Origin: Anaerolineaceae bacterium
Lineage (GTDB): Bacteria; Chloroflexota; Anaerolineae; Anaerolineales; Anaerolineaceae
DNA: 29,666 nucleotides
Direction of reading: 5' to 3'
NCBI GenBank assembly: GCA_011620465.1
Contig: WOZC01000171.1
Coordinates: forward strand, 1-29,666
Under the pieces are notes generated by a model. It did no database searches and was not told where the DNA came from. It saw only the letters and a program-made list of their open reading frames with translations. The position numbers and the translations under genes are program-made. This document shows, piece by piece, positions 6,740 to 14,868 of the stretch (positions are counted from its first letter, which is position 1; every line of letters begins with the position of its first letter).

Positions 6740-7812
6740 TGTTGATCGTTAACTTCGTCAAACACCTGCACAGTTTCGATTTAATTGTGGATTTCCAGGC
6801 AAAATCAGAAGTGCTCGGTATCCTTGGACCCTCTGGTTGTGGTAAAAGCATGACATTGAAGTGTATCGCTGGAATTGAAAAACCGGATTCAGGCTACATC
6901 GAACTGGATGGTGTTGTGCTATTTGATTCAGTCAAGAATATCAATTTATCACCCCAAGACCGACATATGGGCTACTTGTTTCAACATTATGCCCTCTTTC
7001 CAACCATGACAGTCGAGCAGAATTTATTAGCCGGTATTCGACCTGAAAATACGGAAAATAAGATGTCAGAAGTCCGACAAATTATTACGACTATGAAATT
7101 AGTTGGTTTGGAAAACAAGAAACCTGATCAACTTTCCGGAGGACAAAAGCAGAGAGTTGCCTTGGGGCGCATCCTGCTCAATAAGCCCAAAATATTGATG
7201 TTGGACGAGCCATTATCTGCACTGGATCAATATCTGAAGTGGCAGGTGCAGCTTGAATTAGTGGAGTTGTTTGAGCGCTGGCAAAAGACAGTTTTGTTAG
7301 TTTCCCACAACCGTGAAGAAATTTTTCAGTTATGTGACACGGTTTCTGTGCTGACCAAAGGTGTAAACGAAGCTAAACAGACAGTTGAAGAGCTCTTCAA
7401 CGCTCCGCAGTCACTTTCAGCTGGCGTCCTGGCAGGTTGCAGAAACTTTTCGAAAATTGAGATCATAGATCTTTCCCAGGGGCTTTTCAAAGCACACGAT
7501 TGGGGTGTGACCCTGCACTCCTCCAAGTTAACTCCAGGTTCCAGATACTGTGGAGCCTACAGTCACAATTTTGAAGTGACTAACAAAATTAGTGGGAACT
7601 CTGCTGTTGCTGAAAACCTCATTCCTGTGAGCTGTCTCTACCGATTTGGAAAAGGAGTGACAGAATCATTAGTTTGCTCGACTCCAGGTGGAAGCAACGG
7701 ACATTCAGTCCTCTATCTCGAATTAAGACCTGTCGAAGGAGGTATTACGGATAAAGACGAGCCATTCCAGGTCAGCATCCCGCCCCAGGACCTGATTTTT
7801 TTCAATTCATAA
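6739..7812 (+). CDS. modC: molybdate ABC transporter ATP-binding protein
   Basis: Walker A GPSGCGKS, signature LSGGQKQR, Walker B LMLDEP, H-loop VSH; the start overlaps the modB stop (TAATG). Confidence 0.93.
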   Translation: MLIVNFVKHLHSFDLIVDFQAKSEVLGILGPSGCGKSMTLKCIAGIEKPDSGYIELDGVVLFDSVKNINLSPQDRHMGYLFQHYALFPTMTVEQNLLAGIRPENTENKMSEVRQIITTMKLVGLENKKPDQLSGGQKQRVALGRILLNKPKILMLDEPLSALDQYLKWQVQLELVELFERWQKTVLLVSHNREEIFQLCDTVSVLTKGVNEAKQTVEELFNAPQSLSAGVLAGCRNFSKIEIIDLSQGLFKAHDWGVTLHSSKLTPGSRYCGAYSHNFEVTNKISGNSAVAENLIPVSCLYRFGKGVTESLVCSTPGGSNGHSVLYLELRPVEGGITDKDEPFQVSIPPQDLIFFNS

Positions 7813-7910
7813 TCAACTGATAAGGCCTGGTCATATTATGGTTGTAGGACGAATTCCGCTGTTGAACCCTGCTTTTGTTCAGGTTGGATAATCTTTTCCG
7901 ATGAACATCA

Positions 7911-7939
7911 GGATCCTTGGCTACGCTCAGGATTACAAG
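7911..7939 (-). repeat. REP-like short palindromic element (TGTCATCCTGAGCGnAGCGAAGGATC-type, degenerate)
   Basis: The - strand reads CTTGTAATCCTGAGCGTAGCCAAGGATCC, with an ATCCT/AGGAT stem, between convergent modC and the esterase. It matches 29133-29161 at 21 of 29 positions. Confidence 0.6.
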
Positions 7940-7941
7940 GA

Positions 7942-8769
7942 TCAATAATCGATTGTTCCAAACAAAAACGTCAGTGGGATGTGCACGCGCTCTGACCATG
8001 CTTTTGTGGTGTGATCCTCCCCCGGGAAGCTCCAGCTGGCAAAGTCCTTGCCTTCGCGATAGCCCTTTTGCCGCAAAAGCGAATCCACCTTCGCTTGCCA
8101 TGGGGCATAATCCCGGTCGAGCCCTTCACTGCCATAGTCAAAATAGAACTTGTGTTTGCCTGGCTCGGGAAGCTTCTCTTGCAGGTAGGCGATCATCCCA
8201 TCGCCAAGGATAGGCCAATGAGTGGAGAGGCAAGCGGTTTTGCTGAAAATCTGTGGGAATTCACATAGCAGATACATAGAGATCATGCCTCCCAGACTTG
8301 AACCCATCAGGGCGGTGTTCTCCATTTCGGGGAGGGTGCGATAGCGTTGGTCAATGGCTGGTTTGACCATTTCCACCAGCCAATTGATGAATTGATCTGA
8401 CATTGGTCGCTTCAAATCGTTGATTGATTTTCTGGTAGATGCCGCAAAAGCTTCCAACCCACCTGGGTAGTCCAGGGCTTTGGCAGGTAGATATTCAAAT
8501 CGACGGTTAATCGTGCTGGGAATCGCCACAACAATGGGAGGGGTGATTTTTTCTTCGGCAGCCAAATTTGAGATAGCCCGGTGCACATTCCAGCCGCCAC
8601 CCCTGGAGCGGAACTGGTCGAATACCATTTGACCGTCCTGCATATATAGGACAGGGAAGTGTTGTGAGGGGTTCTGCTGATATTCCACCGGAAGCCAAAC
8701 GTCCACCCGCCGCCGTAGAAGTCCGGGGATATTCAGGTCACGATGAGTTTCGAGCGCTACTTGTTGCAT
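7942..8769 (-). CDS. alpha/beta-hydrolase fold esterase (IroE/Fes-like putative esterase)
   Basis: VDVWLP..Y, FPVLYMQDGQ, nucleophile elbow GSSLGG, YFDYG, GEDH. Confidence 0.88.
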   Translation of the reverse strand: MQQVALETHRDLNIPGLLRRRVDVWLPVEYQQNPSQHFPVLYMQDGQMVFDQFRSRGGGWNVHRAISNLAAEEKITPPIVVAIPSTINRRFEYLPAKALDYPGGLEAFAASTRKSINDLKRPMSDQFINWLVEMVKPAIDQRYRTLPEMENTALMGSSLGGMISMYLLCEFPQIFSKTACLSTHWPILGDGMIAYLQEKLPEPGKHKFYFDYGSEGLDRDYAPWQAKVDSLLRQKGYREGKDFASWSFPGEDHTTKAWSERVHIPLTFLFGTIDY

Positions 8770-8830
8770 CCATCACCTGCCAACTTGAATTACAAGATTG
8801 TAATGATGGAATTCTAACCGGTTCTTTTTT

Positions 8831-8863
8831 AAAAAATCTGCCTGTAGAGAACTGCAGGCAGAT
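8831..8863 (-). terminator. intrinsic terminator downstream of the membrane PPase gene
   Basis: 12-bp stem (8836-8847 / 8852-8863, one mismatch on the - strand) followed by a T tract on the - strand. Confidence 0.65.
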
Positions 8864-8880
8864 GTTTGATCAATTAAGTC

Positions 8881-10965
8881 TTATCCAAATAAATGGAAAA
8901 CAGCAATAATCGGAGCAAAAAGCGAAGCAACCAGGCTCATGACCGTGATCAGTGTGTTCAGGGAAGGACCAGCGGTATCTTTGAATGGATCCCCCACGGT
9001 ATCTCCAACTACAGCAGCTTTGTGTGCATCAGAGCCCGGACCACCAAATTTTCCGGTCTCGATGAATTTCTTTGCATTGTCCCATAAACCACCAGCGTTG
9101 CTCATCAACAATGCGAAAATGACACCAGTGAAAATGGCACCGCCCAGGAAACCACCCAAAGCATTCGGTCCAAGCAGGAAGCCAACGACCAAAGGCAGCC
9201 CCACAGCCAAAAAAGCAGGCAAAATCAGGGAGGACAACGCGCCTTCAGCTGCCAGGCTGACACATCGTTCGTAATCCGGTTTGTGTGTGCCTGCCAGGAT
9301 GCCAGGTTCCTCCCTGAATTGACGGCGGACTTCTTCGATCATATCAAAGGCATTATGGGTTACCGAAAGCATCAATAGCGCGCTGAACAAAGGCGGCGTC
9401 ATCGCGCCCAGGAACACTCCAGCAACCACGATAGGTTCTCTCAGGCTGATCGATATGCTGACCCCGGCGGCTTGAACCACCTCTGCATATGCAGCAAAAA
9501 GGGCGATGACTGTCAAAGCAGCCGCGCTGATAGAAAAACCCTTGGTAATGGCTTTTGCTGTGTTTCCAGCTGAATCAAGTTCATCGGCACGTACAATCAC
9601 TTCATGATCCATGCCTGCCATTTCCGCGATGCCGCGGGCGTTATCCACAATTGGACCATAAGCGTCGGCAGAGACGATCATACCGCTGATCGAAAGCATT
9701 CCGACCGCGCTGATACCGATCCCATAAATACCGCTAAGGCCAAAAGACTCTGCAACATAGTAAGAAATCAATGTTGCGGCTGCGATACCAATAACTGAGG
9801 GCACAATGGAAATCAAGCCGTAACTGAAACCTGTGATAATGTTGATAGCCGAACCAGAGGTGGAAACCCGGGCAGTTTCCCTCACTGGTTTACGCGTATC
9901 ATTCGTAAAATAATCCGATGTAAATCCAATGATCACACCGGTAACCAGGCCAGTCACTGCTGCCCAAAATATTCCAGGATTGACATCTGTGAAGCGGACA
10001 AAAAAGAGCAGGAAAATTGCGAAAATGATACAGGTGACAACAGTTCCACGATTAAGAGCCGGACCGGGTTTTTGACCTTCTTTGACACGAACAAGAGAGA
10101 CACCAATCAAGGAGGCGATGATTCCCAACATGCACAAGATCAGGGGTACAACCGTATACTTGATATGTTCGGCCTGGCTTAATCCCATGGAAGCACCAAG
10201 CAGCATAACTGCGACCGCACTGGCGACATAACTGTCAAAAATATCCGCGCCCATGCCTGCCACATCACCAACGTTATCGCCAACATTATCTGCAACAACA
10301 GCTGGGTTGCGAGGGTCGTCTTCGGGGATGCCGACTTCAACTTTACCGACCAGGTCAGCCGCGATATCTGCTGTTTTTGTATAAATACCACCGCCTGCTT
10401 TCGCAAGTAAAGCCAACATCGAAGCGCCAAAACTGAACCCAAGCACTGCTTCGGCGGTGCCAGTCCAGAGTAAGATAAGACTCATTCCGATGACTGCCAT
10501 ACCAACCATGGCAAGGCCAAGCACTGCGCCAGCATTGAAAGAGAGTTTGAAGGCACGTGAAAGGCTAAAATTGGCAGCAGTTGCGGTACGTACGTTTGCT
10601 TCAACTGCAACACGCATACCCAGGTAACCTGATATGGCTGAACTAATTGCCCCTGCAATGAATGCCAGTGACATAATCAGACCATCCTTGAAATGCAAGG
10701 TGACGGCGCCACCACCAGCGGTCTCGGGTTGGATACTGAAGACAATCGCGATGATCGCCCCAATAAGGACTGCCAGAATTCCTAAAGCACGGTAAAGTTT
10801 TACAAGATAGGCATTTGAACCTTCTTTGATCCAGGAAGCCACTTCTTTGGCACGTTCGGTGCCTGGATCTTGCTTGATCACCCAAAAATAAAGATAGAGT
10901 GCAACCCCCAGTGAAATTACGCCAGCGACAATTGCGAGATAAATCCAATTCATGTAGTTGTTCAT
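8881..10965 (-). CDS. hppA: membrane-bound ion-translocating pyrophosphatase, K+-independent signature, divergent
   Basis: [26 protein letters not shown]...[33 protein letters not shown] and [14 protein letters not shown] motifs; many TM helices. Start at 10965 or 10953. Confidence 0.95.
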   Translation of the reverse strand: MNNYMNWIYLAIVAGVISLGVALYLYFWVIKQDPGTERAKEVASWIKEGSNAYLVKLYRALGILAVLIGAIIAIVFSIQPETAGGGAVTLHFKDGLIMSLAFIAGAISSAISGYLGMRVAVEANVRTATAANFSLSRAFKLSFNAGAVLGLAMVGMAVIGMSLILLWTGTAEAVLGFSFGASMLALLAKAGGGIYTKTADIAADLVGKVEVGIPEDDPRNPAVVADNVGDNVGDVAGMGADIFDSYVASAVAVMLLGASMGLSQAEHIKYTVVPLILCMLGIIASLIGVSLVRVKEGQKPGPALNRGTVVTCIIFAIFLLFFVRFTDVNPGIFWAAVTGLVTGVIIGFTSDYFTNDTRKPVRETARVSTSGSAINIITGFSYGLISIVPSVIGIAAATLISYYVAESFGLSGIYGIGISAVGMLSISGMIVSADAYGPIVDNARGIAEMAGMDHEVIVRADELDSAGNTAKAITKGFSISAAALTVIALFAAYAEVVQAAGVSISISLREPIVVAGVFLGAMTPPLFSALLMLSVTHNAFDMIEEVRRQFREEPGILAGTHKPDYERCVSLAAEGALSSLILPAFLAVGLPLVVGFLLGPNALGGFLGGAIFTGVIFALLMSNAGGLWDNAKKFIETGKFGGPGSDAHKAAVVGDTVGDPFKDTAGPSLNTLITVMSLVASLFAPIIAVFHLFG

Positions 10966-10986
10966 ATAATTTGCTTTAGCTTTCGT

Positions 10987-11751
10987 TTACATATTTGCTG
11001 ATCTGAACCAGCGGTAGTTATTAGTTCGAATTTCTTCTTGGCTGGGCATGGGAAAATAACGCAGTTGCTTTTGATTGCCCACAAAAAATCCATTCTTGAT
11101 CGTTCGATAATAAATATTTGGAGAGTGGACACGATCAACCATCTTGGTAGCCGCATATTTGGTTTTCACGTCGCTGAGGCACTGGCGCAGATGGTCCCTG
11201 TTGCTGTAAGGAAGGTTTTCCATTAAGCCCATCTCAGGGTCATCCGCCAGCTCGCCAAGCTGTAGTTCTGTAAAAACGATAGCAGGGAGAGTAACGAGAG
11301 AAACCGGATTTCGCACGATGGTGTCTATGAAAGCTAAAGGACCCAAACGGCTGACAACCAACGGGGAAACCGGCACAATTTCCTGGTACAGATGCAATTG
11401 CTCTACCTCATTGGGTATCTGGTTGGACGGGCTTAGTTCAAGCGTACGACCGTCCATGGTGGTCAGGTACAGATGCTTCAAAACATCAAAATCCATATGC
11501 TCCAAAACACGATAGACCGAGACATAGACTGAAGCTTTCAAGCTTCCATCTTCGTGGGGAATACAGCGCGCATAAGCTTCTTCTACACGAAAATACGGAT
11601 CTCGAAAGTCGGGGTCGACTTCAAAAAACATCGCCTGACCGCGGGATTTTTTGGCTGACCCTACTGCGTAGTATGTACCAAACTCCTCCGGGCAAAGCAT
11701 CGAGGCAATCAATGCTTCTGGAAGTAAAGAAAGGTAAAGGTAAATTGCCAT
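10987..11751 (-). CDS. uncharacterised soluble protein with an apparent two-fold internal repeat
   Basis: 254-aa ORF with SD AAAGGAG, ending 21 nt upstream of hppA on the same strand; no family recognised. Confidence 0.85.
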   Translation of the reverse strand: MAIYLYLSLLPEALIASMLCPEEFGTYYAVGSAKKSRGQAMFFEVDPDFRDPYFRVEEAYARCIPHEDGSLKASVYVSVYRVLEHMDFDVLKHLYLTTMDGRTLELSPSNQIPNEVEQLHLYQEIVPVSPLVVSRLGPLAFIDTIVRNPVSLVTLPAIVFTELQLGELADDPEMGLMENLPYSNRDHLRQCLSDVKTKYAATKMVDRVHSPNIYYRTIKNGFFVGNQKQLRYFPMPSQEEIRTNNYRWFRSANM

Positions 11752-11813
11752 TCGTAACTCCTTTTCTCTAAGGTATCGAAAACCAGGTATTAAACCCGGT
11801 CCCGACCATTATT

Positions 11814-11850
11814 ATTGTAACTGCAATTCGCTCCGATTCGGGTCGATTCG
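11814..11850 (-). promoter_or_regulatory. -10 box with three phased direct repeats across the spacer/-35 region
   Basis: TACAAT on the - strand (11814-11819). ATTCG occurs at 11826, 11836 and 11846, an exact 10-bp period. Confidence 0.4.
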
Positions 11851-11908
11851 TCGAAATCAGCGGGGAATTTGCTTTTTTTATCGTCATAAACTGTCTGTAA
11901 ACAGATAT

Positions 11909-11935
11909 AAAAACACCCTCACGGAGAGGGTGTTT
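11909..11935 (-). terminator. intrinsic terminator of the lipoprotein gene
   Basis: AAACACCCTC / GAGGGTGTTT perfect 10-bp stem, 5-nt loop, T-tract on the - strand. Confidence 0.8.
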
Positions 11936-11952
11936 GATCAGCGATCAAATAT

Positions 11953-12417
11953 CTATTTTGAAATTAACCAGTCGATAATTGCCTGCATGGACCCTTCGGA
12001 CAGCTGCAAGTGGGTGTGTGTTGCGTTCGTCAGAATCTCACGCCACTGTTCTGCAGTCAGATCTTTGTCTAAAAGAAACTGGAGACTATGATTTTGACCG
12101 ATGAGGACCGTCAAATATGCTTCCATTTCCGCATCATAGTTCGGGCTGGCTGGATCGACCGGGTACGCCATTGCAGGGTCAAAGGCAGTCACTGCTGGAT
12201 CCTGCCCGACTGGGTAAGCATTCTGGATTGGGGCAGCAAGTTCCTCAGTTGGAGAGGCTGAAACAACTTCGGGCTCAGTCGCTGTACCATCGCCTCCATC
12301 CACAACTGGTAGATTGACCGTATTTGTTTCAGTGGTGGGTTCGGATTTTCCGCAAGCAGCAAGTACAAAAGTGAATACCAACATCAGGGCAATGATTATC
12401 GTTATTTGTTTTTTCAT
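11953..12417 (-). CDS. lipoprotein with low-complexity linker and a cytochrome-c-like C-terminal domain lacking CxxCH
   Basis: Lipobox VLAAC, SD AAAGGA, E/P/T/A linker, helical C-terminal domain ...IGQNH...TAEQW...LSEGSMQAIIDWL. Confidence 0.75.
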   Translation of the reverse strand: MKKQITIIIALMLVFTFVLAACGKSEPTTETNTVNLPVVDGGDGTATEPEVVSASPTEELAAPIQNAYPVGQDPAVTAFDPAMAYPVDPASPNYDAEMEAYLTVLIGQNHSLQFLLDKDLTAEQWREILTNATHTHLQLSEGSMQAIIDWLISK

Positions 12418-12449
12418 AGTTTCCTTTCCGCCGGCAGTGCCGACAACGT

Positions 12450-13883
12450 TTAGATTATACCTTTTTCGGCAACCTTACTAAAATACTGAGTTTCAAGTTT
12501 CTGGCTGCTCAGGTCGTTATTTGCCATAATTTTCTCAGCAAACAGCGGGTAATGCGGCTGCAGTAATTCCAACATACCATAGGCAACCCGGCGGATCGAG
12601 AAGTGGGCGTTATTGGCGCTGCGCAGCTTGATGAAATGGAAAAGTGAACGCAGGTTAGCCTGGCAGAAAACCCGGCGGTTGTATGCATTTGGCAGAACAT
12701 ACGCTGCAACCTGGGGGTTCCAGGCTGCTATCTGCTCATAAAGCCCGGCGATCTCAACCATGCAAGCCTTGTACTTATCCTCAAGGCCTGCTTCACTGAT
12801 TGCCAGGGGTATGGCATAACCATGATCAATGGAAAAATCCTGGACGGTTTGGGTCATCATGCGGTGGCGTTTGAACTCAAAATAGGCTCCCTGGTCCATG
12901 ATCAAGTCAAAGGAAGCATTTGCATATTCCAATTCTCGCAATGGGTTATCGAACTTGCCCACTTTTTCAAAAAGCTTGTCAACAATTGCCTGCTTTTCCG
13001 CCTGGGTTAATGACTGAACATGATCCAGGCAATCCTGAAAACTTGCCTTTCCAAAACGGTAGAGCACTGCTGCCAGGATTTTATCTTCCCCGTTCTGATC
13101 AATGCTTGTTAATTGGAAGGGCTCAGAAAGAGTGTTTGGCAAACCGGATGAAAGATCGCGGGCGTAATGAGACACCTCCGGCAAATAGGCGATAGGTTCG
13201 GCATGTTTGACCAGTGTTGGCAGTTCTTGGGTCGCGACCTGTTTGACTTCCTCTCCAATCAGGCGCACTTCCATCAGGTCTGATGAGAGCATTTTACGGA
13301 TAGCATATTCCAGGGCACGGGCATTGATTGTCAGACCGACATTCGCCATTGAGGCAGCCGGCAGGACAAAGCGAGCCACATCCACTGCTTTCAACTTCGA
13401 GCGGTTGAGCCAGGATCTTTCTGATTCGCCTTCTTCGCTCTCCGTCTGAGATTGTCCCCAGGGCAAGAGCCCATCCAAAATCTCGCTATACGTGACAAAG
13501 AGATGGGAAAGATGATCCTCGTATGTCTTCGCGAAGGGACTGTGACGGATCTCAGGGGGTATAACAAAAGCACTCGAATCCCACTGTTGATAGCGCGTCG
13601 ATTTTTCAGTATAAGAAGCGAGACGATTCGATTCGATAGTCTCGATTGCGAGGCGGGAGACATTTTCCAGCGCAAGGTGCAGGACCGCGTGCTCAGCAAC
13701 ACTGCTGTGACCATAGCCAACGATCCATTTTTCGCTGAATTCAGTGCTGCGCTCTTCATCCAGCTCAGCGGCAATCTGATCAAAAGGTTCAGGAGAGCGG
13801 GAGGTTTTTGCAAAAGTGACTGCGATGGTCTCTGCACTTAAATTACGGGGGCTCAAGCGATAGATTCTGCGCTTAAATTCCAT
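12450..13883 (-). CDS. thyX: FAD-dependent thymidylate synthase, tandem two-domain type
   Basis: N-domain has GYGHSSVAEH, VSR and EKSTRY; C-domain has KRHR and VLPNA...NLRSLFHFIKLR. Start set at ATG 13883, which overlaps the ribF stop. Confidence 0.9.
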   Translation of the reverse strand: MEFKRRIYRLSPRNLSAETIAVTFAKTSRSPEPFDQIAAELDEERSTEFSEKWIVGYGHSSVAEHAVLHLALENVSRLAIETIESNRLASYTEKSTRYQQWDSSAFVIPPEIRHSPFAKTYEDHLSHLFVTYSEILDGLLPWGQSQTESEEGESERSWLNRSKLKAVDVARFVLPAASMANVGLTINARALEYAIRKMLSSDLMEVRLIGEEVKQVATQELPTLVKHAEPIAYLPEVSHYARDLSSGLPNTLSEPFQLTSIDQNGEDKILAAVLYRFGKASFQDCLDHVQSLTQAEKQAIVDKLFEKVGKFDNPLRELEYANASFDLIMDQGAYFEFKRHRMMTQTVQDFSIDHGYAIPLAISEAGLEDKYKACMVEIAGLYEQIAAWNPQVAAYVLPNAYNRRVFCQANLRSLFHFIKLRSANNAHFSIRRVAYGMLELLQPHYPLFAEKIMANNDLSSQKLETQYFSKVAEKGII

Positions 13884-14802
13884 GATCCAGGATCCTCCGG
13901 GCATCTGTTTTATCTTGCTCGATCTGACTGATCAAGTCTTCAATGTGGTCGTATTTGATCTCTTCCCTCAAGAAGCGGACAAATTTAACGTGTATGATCT
14001 TGTCATAGATATCAGCATCAAAATCGAGCAGAAGCGTCTCGACACTGGGCTTGCGACCATCATCAAAGGTTGGTCGGATACCCACATTCGTCACGCCCTG
14101 GCAGATCTGACCATTCACCTCCACCAAGGTGGCATACACCCCAAAACGGGGTAACTTTCGTTGGATGTCAAAGTAAAGATTTGCGGTTGGGAAACCCAAC
14201 TTGGTACCTCTGTGCTTGCCGGGAGCAACAAGACCCGAAAGCACATAAGGTCGACCAAGCAACCTGGCAGTTTGTTCAACTTCACCAGAATCCAGCGTCT
14301 GCCGAATCCGTTGGGATGAGACCACCTGTCCATCCAGCATCACCGGCGGGATATCCAGGCAAGACACGCCCATCTGCATGCAGACTCCTTGCAGGACATC
14401 CCCTGTACCCTTCCGACCTTTACCAAGAGCAAAGTTTTCGCCTACCAACAGCCCTTTCAAGGGAACAAAGGAGTTGAGTTTGGTCATGAATTGTTGCGTG
14501 TCGAGGTCTGCTAACTGTTGATTAAATGGTAAGCAGAGGATCACGTCCAAACCGGTCTGTGCCAGGAGTTCTTTTTTCTCCGCGCGATCATTCAGGTAAA
14601 AGCCTTCCACTTCCTGGGTGAAATAAACACGGGGGTGAGGCCAAAAGGTCAGTGCGACAGAGAGAACATTATCCGCTCTGGCATGCTCAATAAGGCTTGA
14701 GATCAATTCCTGGTGACCCAGGTGCACTCCGTCAAAATTTCCGATAGTGATCCATGCGGGCTCAAGTGGTTTTTCAGGCCAGTCATTTATCATTCGACTC
14801 AT
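13873..14802 (-). CDS. ribF: bifunctional riboflavin kinase / FAD synthetase
   Basis: IGNFDGVHLGHQ, VSSQRIR, GFPTAN, GVTNVGIRPTF. Confidence 0.97.
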   Translation of the reverse strand: MSRMINDWPEKPLEPAWITIGNFDGVHLGHQELISSLIEHARADNVLSVALTFWPHPRVYFTQEVEGFYLNDRAEKKELLAQTGLDVILCLPFNQQLADLDTQQFMTKLNSFVPLKGLLVGENFALGKGRKGTGDVLQGVCMQMGVSCLDIPPVMLDGQVVSSQRIRQTLDSGEVEQTARLLGRPYVLSGLVAPGKHRGTKLGFPTANLYFDIQRKLPRFGVYATLVEVNGQICQGVTNVGIRPTFDDGRKPSVETLLLDFDADIYDKIIHVKFVRFLREEIKYDHIEDLISQIEQDKTDARRILDHGI

Positions 14803-14817
14803 CGATTTTTCCTTTGT

Positions 14818-14854
14818 AAAAAAACACCCCGCCGATTTTTAATTAGGCGGGGTG
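14818..14854 (-). terminator. intrinsic terminator-like hairpin between truB and ribF
   Basis: CACCCCGCC / GGCGGGGTG stem with a 12-nt loop, followed by T7 on the - strand just before the ribF SD. Confidence 0.7.
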
Positions 14855-14868
14855 GAACATAGTCGAAA

